Shown piece by piece: positions 1 to 11,924 of a DNA stretch of 64,000 nucleotides; position 1 is the first letter of the stretch, and every line of letters begins with the position of its first letter. The translations under genes and the position numbers were made by a program. The notes beneath the pieces are model-generated. The model worked only from the letters and a program-made list of their open reading frames with translations. It did not search any database and was not told where the DNA came from. Source of the stretch: Ptychomitrium polyphyllum (lineage: Eukaryota); contig OZ316775.1 in assembly GCA_973851085.1 (NCBI GenBank), positions 4,898,001 through 4,962,000 of the forward strand, in the 5' to 3' direction.

Positions 1-13
1 CCTCTCTCCCCCT
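1..13 (-). other. Polypurine tract of family-1 element
   Basis: Minus strand reads AGGGGGAGAGAGG, just after the integrase/chromodomain stop at 37. Confidence 0.75.
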
Positions 14-36
14 ACTAAAAGAGATTGATGTCCTCA

Positions 37-3000
37 TCAATGCCGACGTTGTCTTTTGTTGGAGTTCCTATCCCTTTCAAAGCGTTCCACCACTTCATTG
101 GCATTTTCCAAGTCTTTGGTCGCTACCCAAATTGCTTCCTTCTCATGGTACCCTCTCCACTTCACCAAATACTCTTTTCCTACTTTCTTGTGGTGCCTAC
201 ACTTGAGAATTCCTTCCACTTCGTATTCCAAGTGGTCGCCTACCAATTCCGGCGGTGGCCAAATCACTTGTTTGCGATTGGGCCACAAGGTATCTTTTTT
301 AAATGGCTTGAGAAGTGAGACATGAAATGTTGGGTGCACTTTGATTTTGGGTGGTAGCTCCAACTTGTACACGTCTTTAAACATCCGCTCCACAATGGAA
401 AACGGCCCTGCAAACTTGAACATGAACTTTAGAGTGAGGCCTTCGGGCAGGCTAAAGTTCTTCACATTCAACAATACCTTTTGGCCTACTTCATACTCCA
501 CTTCACGTCTTCCGGCATTGACTTGTTTCTCGTACCGCTTTTGTGCCTTTTCCAACAAAAACTTGGTCTTCTCGAACATCTGTTCTCGCTTTTTGGCCAA
601 GTCCTCATCATCTTGGTTAAACTCTAGTGTTGAATGTGCCCCTTGGAGAGCTAAGTCAGCAGGTTGGAATGGTTCCATTCCATAGGCCACCTTAAATGGC
701 GACTGCTTTGTCGCCGAATGGTTGGCCGCATTGTAACTGAACTCCGCAAGACTCACATATTCCACCCAATTGCACTGGTCCGCACTCACATAGTTTTTCA
801 AGTATTTGTTCAAGAGTCCATTCACTCGTTCCGTTTGCCCATCCGTTTGAGGATGGAAGGCAGTGCTAAATGTCAATTTGGTTCCTACTTTCTTAAAAAA
901 AATGTTTCCAAAAAGCACTAATGAATTTTGGATTTCGATCTGACACAATCACTCTCGGCAACCCGTGGTGTTTCCACCATGCATCGAGGAATAGCTTTGC
1001 GGTGTCATGTGCAGCTACGGTTTCTCTAGTTGGCATCATGTGCGCCAACTTGCTAAAGCGATTCACCATCACAAAGATGGCATCATGCCCGTGCGAATCC
1101 GGAAGACTTGTGCTGAAGTCCATGGACACGCTATGCCATGGACCCGACGGAATTGGCAAAGGTTGTAGTAGACCGGCTTGCTTTTGATAAGAAGCTCTAT
1201 TCAGCTGGCACTTCACACAAGTTTTCACAAAGTCGGTGATGTCTGCTTTCATGCCCGGCCAATAGTACCTTCTTGACACCGCCGCTATGGTGGTTTTTCC
1301 CCTCTATGGCCGGCTCTGGGACTATTGTGTTCTTCTTTCAAAACCAACAACCGTAGTTTTCCTTGAGGCACATACACTCGACTTTGTTTGTACTTGAGCA
1401 ATCCCTTCTCCAACTTAATTTCCTTAAGTTTCTTACCCTTCTTAAGCTCGCCGAGAAGCCTTTGTGCTTCGGAGTCCTTCATGTACCCCTCTCTTATCTT
1501 CCTTTCCAAATTGCCTTCTGCCTTGTACATTACTTGCAGGACTTGGGTTGTGCCCATCGCTTGCAACTCCTCCCGCCTACTTAGAGCATCCGGCACTACA
1601 TTGTCACGCCCCGGCTTGTGGATCAAATCCACATTCATGAGTGCTAAGGTGTTATGCCACCTCAATTGTTTTGCACTCATTTGTGCATGCGACTCAAAGT
1701 ACTTCAAGGACACGTTGTCCGTGTAGACTTTGGTTTTATATAGGCCCAAGTAGTGCCGCCATGTTTTCAAACAATGCACTACGACAAAGAGTTCTTTCTC
1801 GTGCGTGGGCCACCTCTTCTGGCACCCATCCAACTTCTTGCTCTCATAGGCAATTGGCATGCCTTCTTGCATGAGCACTTCGCCAATGGCAAAGTCACTT
1901 GCATCCGTGTGGACCTCAAAGGGCTTTTCAAACTCGGGAAACTTCAATACCGGCGATTGTGACAACTTATCCTTGAGTTCTTGAAAAGCTTGGTGACAAA
2001 ATCCATCCCATACTTAGCTAGCTCCTTTCTTCAACAAATCGAACAAAGGCTAGCAATTTTGGAGAAGTTGCGTATGAACCTCCTATAATAATTTGCTAGG
2101 CCGAGAAATGATCTCAGCCCTTTTTGTGTAGAAGGTTGTTTCCACTCTCTAATTGCCTTTATCTTCCTTATGTCCGGCTTGATTCCATCATTAGTCACTA
2201 TATGGCCCAAGAACTCAATCTCAAGTTGAGCAAACTCACTCTTCTTTCCGTTGGCATAAAGTTTCTGGTCCCTAAGTTTTTGAAGCACCAATTTAAGGTG
2301 TCTTGCATGTTCTTCCGCCGACTTGGAGTACACCAAGATGTCATCAATATAAACAATGACAAAGTCATCCATCTCTTCTCAAAAGATGGTATTCATGAGG
2401 GTCGTGAACGTCGAAGGAGCATTACACAACCCGAATGGCATCACCAAAAATTCATAGGACCCATACCTAGTGCGGCATGCGGTCTTTGGCACATCTTCGT
2501 CCGCAATGCGGATTTGATAGTAGCCCGACTTCAAGTCTATCCGACTAAAGTATTTAGCTCCCGCCAATCTATCAAAGAGGTCATCAATCCAAGGCAAAGG
2601 ATAGTTGTTCTTGATGGTGGCTTTATTCAAGGCTCTATAGTCAACACACATGCGGAGCTTGCCATCTTTTTTGGCTACAAAGAGGACCGGTGCTCCATAT
2701 GGCGACTTACTTGGCCTAACATAGCCTCTTTCCAACAAGTCATTCAATTGCTTCTTCAACTCCTCTAGCTCTTTTTGGTTCAACCGGTATGGAGCCTTTG
2801 AAGGGGGCTCCGTTCCCAGTATCACTTCAATTTTGTGATCCACTTCTCTTCTTGGCGGTAACTCTGCGGGCAGCTCATTGGTGAGCACATCCTTGTAACC
2901 ACTTAGTACATTTTGAATGCACTTGGAAAGAGTCCTAACCTCCTTGGCAATTGGCCTATTTCCCTCTTCTTGCTCCATTCGCATCACAACCACAAATTGG

Positions 3001-4643
3001 TTATTCTCTAATTGTTCTAAAGAGACTAAGTTCAACTTGCCTCCCTCAACCATAGAAGTCCAAATCAACTTCAATATTGCCTCCTTCCCACCACGGCGCA
3101 CTACTAACCGTACTGGCTTTCGCTTCACATCCACCACATGAGTTTCAAAACAAGTATCACCTAAAATGAGATCTACCTCATCCATCTCACATAATATAAA
3201 ACTTTCCTTCAACTCCAATGTTCCCTTGTTTAAGGCCACATCCAACACCACCTCCTTCGTCTCGTACGGTTTGCCTTTTGCAAATTGCACGTTGATGGGC
3301 TTGCTAGCTTTTTGAGCCGACAAGCCCAACTCCCTTGCTAGCTTGGGACTCATGAAGGAGTGCGTTGCCCCTGTGTCAATCAAACATGAGACATTTTTGC
3401 CATTTATTTGGGCCTCAAGGTATAAAAGACTTGACCTTGGTTTAAATCCACCTTCTAAAATGTGATCCACAATACAAGTGTGACAAGCTTTGGTTGTCAT
3501 CTTTTTATTGGGACACTCCGCAATGAAGTGACCAATCTTGCTACACCCGTGGCAACACTTGTGCTTCACCTCAACACTCTTATCTCCCGATTTGAATGGT
3601 TTTCACTCATGATGGTCCACTTTGTTGTAGGCCCTTCCATCTACTTGTCCCTTGTGTTTGTTTCTAAAGCCAAATTTTTTGCGTTCTCCGCTACAAGATA
3701 TATTTCGGCTCAATCCACTTTGTTGAGAGGAACCACTTGATTTTCTTTCAGGACTGTCGGCTTCAATTCTTTCCGCAATCTTAATGATTCCCGCCACGTC
3801 CTCCAGAAGCTTTGGGAATTTGAACAAGGCGTCCACCATCTACTTTTGAAGCCCACCCAAAAAGATGCATTTCTTTGAAAACTCATCCATTTTGAATGTG
3901 GCATTCATTTGGGCGTTGAAATCTTGCATATAAGTCATGAGCGACCCGGTGTGCCTCATTTGCACCAAGTTCATGCCCTCCCTCAACTCTTGGTATTCCG
4001 GAGTGAAGCGTTCACTCAAGATCTCTTTAAAATTGACCCAAGACAAAGTTGCCACCAACTCCGGCTCTTGCTCCTTTTTACTTGTTCACCATTGAAGAGC
4101 ATGGTCTTCCAAAAAGGTCACCGCAATTGAAACTTTGTCCACCTCCTCCGGCTTTTGAACATCATAATAATTGTCCATTTCCAAAAGAAACTCCTTCACC
4201 TTCCTAGCCTTGCCTAGTCCAGAAAAAGTGCTGGGCATGTTCACTTTGGCCAACTTCTTGGTCAAAGATGAGGACCTGGAACCTTGTGCCATCAAGTGCT
4301 CAATCAATCTCTTTTGACGAGTCCTTTCTTCTTTGCCACGCTTGAGTTCTTGATACACACCGTCCATGAACTCGAGCATTTTCATACAAAAACTTAAGTC
4401 AGGGTCTTGACTCTCTAGGCCCACAGGTGGCTCAGGAATCCTAACTCCTGAGTACTCTCCACCCTCCAACGCTTCGTCTTGTTGAGTTTCCTCAACTTCC
4501 TCGGTGACTCCAATGTCATTCCCTTGCTCATTGGAATCAAAGGATGGAGCCTCACTAATCGGATCGGGGTCTTTGTTCATCCTTGTGCGTGGTCGCTTAG
4601 AGGCCCCGGGCTCACCGCCATCATCGGCTTTCTTCTTACACAT
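37..4643 (-). pseudogene. gag-pol of family-1 chromovirus, broken by stops and frameshifts
   Basis: ORF fragments 4086-4712 and 3603-4058 (gag), 2379-3569 (PR, RT), 2031-2372, 1285-1965 (RNase H), 893-1279 and 37-948 (IN, chromodomain). Likely ATG at 4643, just after the PBS. Confidence 0.9.
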
Positions 4644-4681
4644 CGCCTCCTCGCACCGTAGCACTTGGATACTCAAAGCCT

Positions 4682-4693
4682 GCTCTGATATTA
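4682..4693 (-). other. Mutated tRNA-iMet primer binding site
   Basis: Minus strand reads TAATATCAGAGC versus canonical TGGTATCAGAGC, 2 nt from the LTR end. Confidence 0.8.
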
Positions 4694-4695
4694 AA

Positions 4696-5841
4696 TGTCG
4701 CAACCCTTGCAATGCACCTTAGCAAGCGTCACGCGCGTCAACCCTGTACACCCCCACATGCACATGGTTAACCCCCATTCTCACCTTCCAAACTCTTTCT
4801 ACCATTTCTCTTAGGACACCCAATTTATTAGTAGCCAATGGTTAAGTGCGGACTTCCATTCATGTCCAAGGCCTCACTTGGTGTTACTCCCATTCCACAC
4901 GGCCTAACCGCACTTAGTGGTGTCTCCTCACTACCACTCATGATGCCCAAGTGATCCTAAGATCACTCCGGGCCATCATGGTGTCGGCGTGAAGACACCA
5001 CCCCAATTTAGTGGTAACAAGCGTACCCTTTTGAACGTGCTAGTTCCCTTCGTGAAACCGGCCGTCCACCGGCTCACAATGGTGTAGGAGTCCCCATGGT
5101 GAAGCTCCAACACTAGCTCCACCAACCGGGACTCACCTTTGGTCTCTACCGGGACACTAGGGGAGTGGGGAGGGGGACCAGCCCTCCCTTATAGTACTCT
5201 CTATGGGATTCGGCAGGCCCCCTGGCCCTCTGGAGCTAGCTGAACCCCGACACACCTAGAGTTTTGGAAGACCACCCGATCCCCCTTGGGACTTAGCCGC
5301 TGGAAGCCTTCGGGACTCCCAGCGGACCTTCAGGGCGCCATATCTTCCTCATCCGGTGCCCGAATGTATTGAGCAACCACTCTATCGTCATCTACTCTTC
5401 TTATAAATGTCAATAGACTCCTCAAACGTCCGGTTTGAGTTAGTATTGTGGGAAATACGCCTCTCCCAAGGTTTGGGACTCCCGGGGAGTGCTTCCCTGG
5501 ACTATCCCACTCCAGCACAGTCACTGTGTAGGGCTGCCACACTCCAGAACAGCCCCTTGGCAACCCCAACTTTGGAGCGCCATAACTTTTAGCTCCCATG
5601 TCCGATTTGGGCAATCCTTAGCATTCTAGAGTCAACTCTTCATGATTCCTTTAATGCCCACGATTTATCCCTCGTGGAATTCGATCTACATGGGCGAGGA
5701 TGTTTCTTCCCCTAGGGGTCCTTTCCATGTTAGGACCACTCGGTTCTCCTCACTATCGGCGCCACAAGTCCCGGATGTCACTTTAGGGTCCCCCTTGTGC
5801 CCTTAGTGTTGCGGGCACTCCTTAAAGCGAGGTGCGCGACA
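4696..5841 (-). repeat. 5' LTR (about 1146 bp) of family-1 element
   Basis: TGTCGC...GCGACA termini. Adjacent to the PBS on one side, with an abrupt switch to a different TE at 5842. Confidence 0.8.
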
Positions 5842-7764
5842 TAGAGACTCTATCTTAGTAGTGGTGGATTGGTTTACCAAGATGGCGCATTTCAAACCAT
5901 GAAACAAGACAATGATTAGAGCAGAAGCTGCCAAGTTGTTTTTAAATCATGTCTATCGCATATATGGACTACCAAATGATATTATAACCAATTGAAGACA
6001 ACAATTAATTTCCAACTTTTAGAAGACTCTATTCCAATTGTTGCGCTTAAAGATCAACCTTTTTTCAATATCTAATCTGCAATTTGATGGTCAAATTAAA
6101 CATGTGAATCTAATTTTGGAGCAAAACTATTGTTGCAACATATTCTACCAGCAAGACATTTGAATGGGCTTCTTACTTTTGGCAAAGTTTTCTTACAACA
6201 ATACAATGCATTCTTCAATAATGCAAAGTCCATCTTTGCAAACTGTAGCCATCATCCTTGAGCAGATGTATTCCAAGTAATACATGTTGGAAGTCTTGCA
6301 TCAGGAGATTTTGCAACTCAACTTGATAAACTTTACTAAGAACTTGCTTTCTAGTTACAATAAGCTCAAGATTAGTACAAAATTTATGCAGATTGTCATC
6401 GAAAGGACCATCCAAAGTTCAAGGTTGGAAATAGCATATGGCTCGTATGATAAAACACACAAACAAAAAAACCATTGAAGAAGCTAGACTATCAAAAGTT
6501 GGGACCGTTTGCAATCATCAAATAAATAAATCCTATTAGTTATTGCCTCAAACTACCAACAACTATGAAAATTCATCCAGTGTTCCACGTATTTTTATTG
6601 GAAACCTATAATAAGTCATGTATACCAAAGAAGGTTGTTTCTCCACTTCTTTTAGGAAAAATCAATAATGAAATGGAGTATGAATTGAAAAGATTTTAGA
6701 TTCATGCATCAAGAATGGATGTGTGGAGTACCTTATACATTGGCAAGGATATGGCATCAATGAGCAAATATGGAAACTTTTGATAATTGTAACAAATGCA
6801 TTTGACAAGATACGCAAATTCCATCAAAGATATCATCAAAAATCGAAGTATTGATGAATTGTTATGATAAATCAATAGTTGTTAGTTTTACGGAGAAGAT
6901 TTATACATTGACAAGTATAAGAAAAGGAGAGGAATATCCAATCTTCAATTGTATGCAATAATATCTTTAAGATAAATCATTGCTGAATTTTAGTTAATTT
7001 GTCAAATCTTTGTATCACTATGGATATGCGTGAAGAGTAATCGATGTGCTTTTTTTAAAGGCAACATTTATTGAACCAACTCAACTTTCATGATTAGAGG
7101 ATCTAGGCCAAGGTATAAGAGAGGCATTCCAACATCAATTGCAACCACGTATAGAATTATTGGTTAGTTGTGTTTCACATTTCAATTTTGATTCAAATGC
7201 TCAAGCTTTAGGTAGCTTATTAGAATTTGGAAGAGTCAGTCCTAGGAGACCTAAGATCCTATTTGGAGGATGTTTTGAAGGATTTAATCAAAATAAAATC
7301 CTAGGCTAAGACATTTCAATAATAAAAGTCTTGGATAGTTGACACCAATGTTTCTTGTAAGAACCGGTGGATCCAGTGGACAAAAAACAACAAGTAAAAC
7401 ATTTTATTTCTTTTCTTGAATAGATTTTGGACTTTATGGAGATGAAATGAGCAAGCCACAATAAGAGCGTTTCATAGGACTGGTCGCTAAAGGCAGAGGT
7501 TATATCACAAATATAGATTATACTACATTATTTTGAAAATCTTCTAGAAACTTCTTGTACATTGTAGTAGCTTTTTAGAATACTTTCAATGCTTCTATAG
7601 CCATTCTACATCTTTACAAAACTTCTTAAGATGGTTCCACGTCTTTGGAAAATTTCTTTGAAAGATTCTACTCTTTAACATAAATTTTTATGAAGCTTCC
7701 ATAGACTTTTAGAACATTCTTAAGCTTCATAGGAACATTCTTGAGCTTCATAGGAACATTCTTA
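5842..7764 (+). mobile_element. Old degenerate family-2 Gypsy fragment (integrase-chromodomain, 3' region, partial LTR from about 7503)
   Basis: Homologous to 13100-14150 (minus) and to 28821-30740. Many stops. Decayed LTR start TATCACAAATATAGAT resembles TGTCACGGACATAGAT. Confidence 0.8.
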
Positions 7765-9941
7765 ACCTCCAGCTGCGCAGTGCCAGCCTGGATTTATTCG
7801 TACTCTCTGTTTGTTTAGTTGGTCGTTGTTGTCAATAGTGGCATTGTCCCTCACCTTGCGTAGTGTAAGAGTATCGTATTACGAGGTTGTGTACAGTTTG
7901 CTTCATTTCAACCATCGGTTCTAGAACGATCTTATTTAGATGTCTAGATTGCTGGCTGAGTTTGTATTTGGGACATCTTCTGAGAAAGTCTTCGAGTGAA
8001 CGTGGGACGCCCTCCTGGATCTGGACCACTTGTATATTGAACAATGGTGGAATTTCAATCATTGGTGCCGAGGGAATGACTTCGAAGCATTTTCAGCTCC
8101 GATTTTGTAGAGCTTTTCCTTGGTGTCGAGAAAGTGTAATGCAATTGTGACTTCAAAAGCGCTTGAGTATCCAACCCTTGGTGCTTGGAAATGCGTTTTC
8201 AAGCGCTCCTGGTTTTGCCGGGGGACTTGCAAGGACATCATTAGATGTGGAGAAAGTATCTCTACAATATTTCTGTAATTTTCCATCATTCGTAATGATT
8301 GCATGTGTGATAGGTTTACCATTCCGAATCAGGTTATCGTGTACATGATAACGCGTGAGAGTGGGTACTGGAGCGCTCATTCAGCGTCCTGCTCAGGCAA
8401 GGAGCTCTGTTCACGAGGCTCGCGGTTAGGCTTGTTGGAGGCCGAACGGTCCCTCCCGCGCCCGCTCTCGAGTCCGTCGTGTCCGGGTCCTAGAGCTGGC
8501 CTTGGTGGAACTGGAACTGTCGTTCCAGCCGTTTTCAAGCGTTCCGAGTTTTGCGTTGGTCCTAATTGGTACGTTGACTTCCCTGCTCCTCGCGATTGAC
8601 GCAATTTTAAATTTAGTGAAATAATCTACTCTTAGAATTGGTGAATACTTTGTGTGTCGTTTAAAATTTAAGAATGTTAATTAGGTTTGTAAAGCGAAGT
8701 CCTGACACTAAAAGATTGTTTTTCATGCACTTACCATTTTGGCAGCTTGCTGGAATAGTGTATTGCAAACGCTTTCTGTTTCAAGATTTTGATAGATTTC
8801 AAATTTTTAGTGCTAAGGTATTAAAGCTGCTACAAACTTAATAGGATTAAGAATTATGATATTTTAATTTTTCCATGCAAACTTCAAAAGTCATGGAAAG
8901 TAGCTTTTTCATTAGAGTTTTGTAAGTGGAAGTTTTTACTGAAATTGTTCCTTGGTTTCAAGAAATTAAAATTTCAGGAATCCCAAGAAAACTTAATTCT
9001 AAACATTATTAAGCATTTTGATTTTAAAACTTTAAGTTTTGTAGAGGTGCTTGCTAATAAAGAAAATTGCATTTTGGAAACCAACCCAAATACATAGCCT
9101 TGATGCCAAGTAATTGATTAGCAGAAGATTACAAAAAAGAATTCATTGAAAACCTAGCAAAACATTTTACAATCAAATGATAAATTGAGGCACATCCTTT
9201 TTTTAGAAAACTATTGAAATTGATTTTGTTTTTTGTTGTACTATAATGTGATTAGAATTTTAGATTTCAAGCAAAAAAAGAAATATTTCATTTGAAGTTT
9301 AATTTGCAATATTGAATGCAACTTCACCAATGGGAGTGACTTCTTAAAAATGTATAACTATTCTTATTCCTTTAACAATTTATCTTGTTATAGACAAGTT
9401 TCTTTAGCATAATGTGGTATTAATGAGATATAAAACTCTGTTAATTCTTTTAAAACAAAAGAATCCTATCTCATTAAAACTTGCTTTTAAAGATAAAATA
9501 GAGAAATTGCGCTTCCTCTTGAAATCAAACTCTATTATGAACAAAGTAACAAGAAGACAAGGCTTTAAGACTTTAGAATATTAAATAGTGTATTTTAAAG
9601 TATATTAGAAGCAAAGAGCTATAAAAAGATACAGATACATGATTAGAAGGTTTGCATTAGATCACAAGAGATTTGTTGTCAAGTTTAAATATTTCTTTAG
9701 CCTCAATTCATATATATATACCAAGACTATAAGCCTTGCAAGCTTTTGAAGAAGCTTCCAATATAATATTTTATATTGAAACAACCTCAGTTTGCTTCAG
9801 TGGAAACTTCTTTAGCCAAAATAACTTCTTTAGAGGCTTTTTTGGCCTCCTTAAATCTTCTAAGAACCTTTCTAAAATCTTTTACTATATATATAATGGC
9901 ATTATCTTTTCTTCCAGCTTCAAGGTCTTTAAAGAGCATGT

Positions 9942-10492
9942 TGTCACGGACATAGATCATGCAACATAATCCTTAGAACATTCTAGAACCTTCTAGTATA
10001 CTATAAAAGTTTTTTAGAATACTTTTGAATGTCTCCATAATCTTTCCATGTTCTTAGGAAGTTTCCTAGGAAAGTTCCTCCACCTTAAGAAAATTCTTAA
10101 GAAGATTCTATCATCTTAAGAAACTTCCTAGGAAACTTCTTATGAAGGTTCCATTATCTTAGGAAACTTCCAAGGAAGGTTCCAACTCCTAGGAAGACTC
10201 TTAGGAAGGTTCCAACATCTTAGAAAATTCTTGGAAAGGTTCCCTAGACTTCCAAAATATTCTTAAGCCTTGTAGAAAGCTTCTTTAGAAGTATTTTAGG
10301 AGATACAAATGTCATAGTATAAATAGGAGGCAAGACAAGGTATTCCTTGGTCTTGCCAACACAAGTTGCGGATCATCTTGAATCCTGCCTTGTTCTAGCC
10401 TTTGTATCAAGTTCTTGTTAATCATTAGCTCTTTGGAAGCTAATTCTTGGGAAACACTTTGTTTCTGCTTCTTGTTTCTTATGTTCCTAACA
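9942..10492 (+). repeat. 5' LTR of family-2 chromovirus
   Basis: TGTCACGGAC...CCTAACA termini, TATAAATA at 10318, internal repeats rich in GAAnnTTC. Followed by a PBS and gag. Confidence 0.9.
9975..9994 (+). promoter_or_regulatory. Perfect 4-unit heat-shock element in LTR U3 (mirror copy 19676-19695)
   Basis: aGAAc-aTTCt-aGAAc-cTTCt matches alternating nGAAn units. Confidence 0.55.
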
Positions 10493-10494
10493 GT

Positions 10495-10506
10495 TTGGCA
10501 AGACTA
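10495..10506 (+). other. Non-tRNA, putative self-priming primer binding site
   Basis: TTGGCAAGACTA is complementary to GTCTTGCCAA at 10350-10359, about 25 nt after the LTR TATA box. It is a full 12/12 match to TAGTCTTGCCAA in the sister LTR at 17601-17612. Confidence 0.75.
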
Positions 10507-10728
10507 CTTTCCATCTCTGTCAGAGCTAAGGTTCTTTGAAGAGGATTGTGGATTACCCATCTTCTTTAGGATTCCATAGCGTCTTAGAGGTTGCGGATTA
10601 CCCTCCTCTAAGCTGGCACCATAGAGTTGGTTTCTCCTTCTAGAACTAAGTATTACTTCTTTCAAAGGACGTGGATTTTCCTCTTTTGAAGGTACTCATA
10701 GTCTTTCTATCTTTGAGAGTCTTAAGAA

Positions 10729-11924
10729 ATGGATAACGTGCTTGGAACATCATAGAATAGGTTTGCAACTATTGCAGACCTTCAAAAATTATTAAACACA
10801 ATTCCAACGGAACTCGCCCGTTTTAATATCACCAACAATTTGGAGCAACATACTCGACAAATCAGAGAATCCAATGGTGATATTCAAAGCCTATATCAAG
10901 AGGTTGTTCAATTGCGAGAGGCCAATATTGGAAGAGAAGGTTTTCGTCGAACCCATGCAAAGCCAAAGATTAGCATGCCAGACAAGTTCGATGGATCAAA
11001 ATCAAAATTGAGAGGCTTTGTTCAACAAGTAAGACTCTTCCTTAGTTTGCATCAATCTCGCTATCCTGATGGCACAACTCAAGTGGGATTTGTGGCCACG
11101 CTTTTATCAAACAATGCACTATCGTGGTTTGCACCCATAATGGTCAAACAGTCACCATTATTGAACAACTTAGACACTTTTATAGAAGCATTGACATCTA
11201 CTTTTGGAGACACCGACCGAGAAAGAGTGGCTGAGACAAGGATCCAGAGTCTCCAACAAGGACAATGCTCAACTGCTACATATGCTGCACAGTTTCAACA
11301 ATTAGCTTGCGACCTTGATTGGAATGATCACATGATTCCAATAGGCTTAAGAGAGAATGTCAAGGACTTGCTACTCACAATGCCAAGAATTGAAACATTG
11401 GACGAATTCATCAGTCAACTAATAGCATGTGACAATAGACTATTTGAGAGGCGCCAAGAACAACGCTTGGGATGGCGACCAGTACATCAAAGCATGGCTA
11501 CCACTTCTTCAAGAACAGTGGAAAATCGACCATAAGAACTAGAACCTATGCAAATTGATGCTGCCCAGCTCAGATGTTTGACTCTAGAATAAAAAAAAAT
11601 GCGTCGAAGAGAAAACCTATGTTTGTATTGTGGCAAGTCTGGACATAAAGTGCGCAATTGCCAAATCAAAGGATCTGCCTTTAAGGCTCAAAGCACAATG
11701 GAGGAGTGAGAAAACGAGGTTGTTCAGTCACAGTAGGGACCATGCGACTGGACACCACAAGGAAACGACCATCAAATCAAGGTCTCTTACTACCTTCAAA
11801 TCCTACCTCTTGTTTTACATTTTCTATCAAAATTAAATTGTTAGATGATGAAATAATTAGGGAGGCTCTCTTAGACACTGGTGCAACGGCATGTTTTATG
11901 GACAAGGATTTTGCAACCAAACAT
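10729..11924 (+). pseudogene. gag, zinc knuckle and protease start of family-2 element, interrupted by a nested inverted copy
   Basis: KPKISMPDKFDG...ALSWF sushi/Tf1-like gag, CLYCGKSGHKVRNC, LLDTGAT. Ends abruptly at an LTR at 11925. Confidence 0.88.

Larger units (their letters stand above)
1..5841 (-). mobile_element. Ty3/Gypsy chromovirus LTR retrotransposon (family 1), decayed; 3' LTR lies left of the window
   Basis: Minus-strand order: gag, zinc knuckle ([14 protein letters not shown]), protease ([10 protein letters not shown]), RT (YIDDILVYS), RNase H, integrase, chromodomain (YEVEGIL...EYLVKWRGY). LTR at 4696-5841, PBS at 4682-4693, PPT at 1-13. Confidence 0.95.

Noticed and set aside
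10040..10260. Repeated blocks in LTRs as a CRISPR-like array
   Set aside because: Eukaryotic context, degenerate tandem units without unique spacers, and no cas genes.
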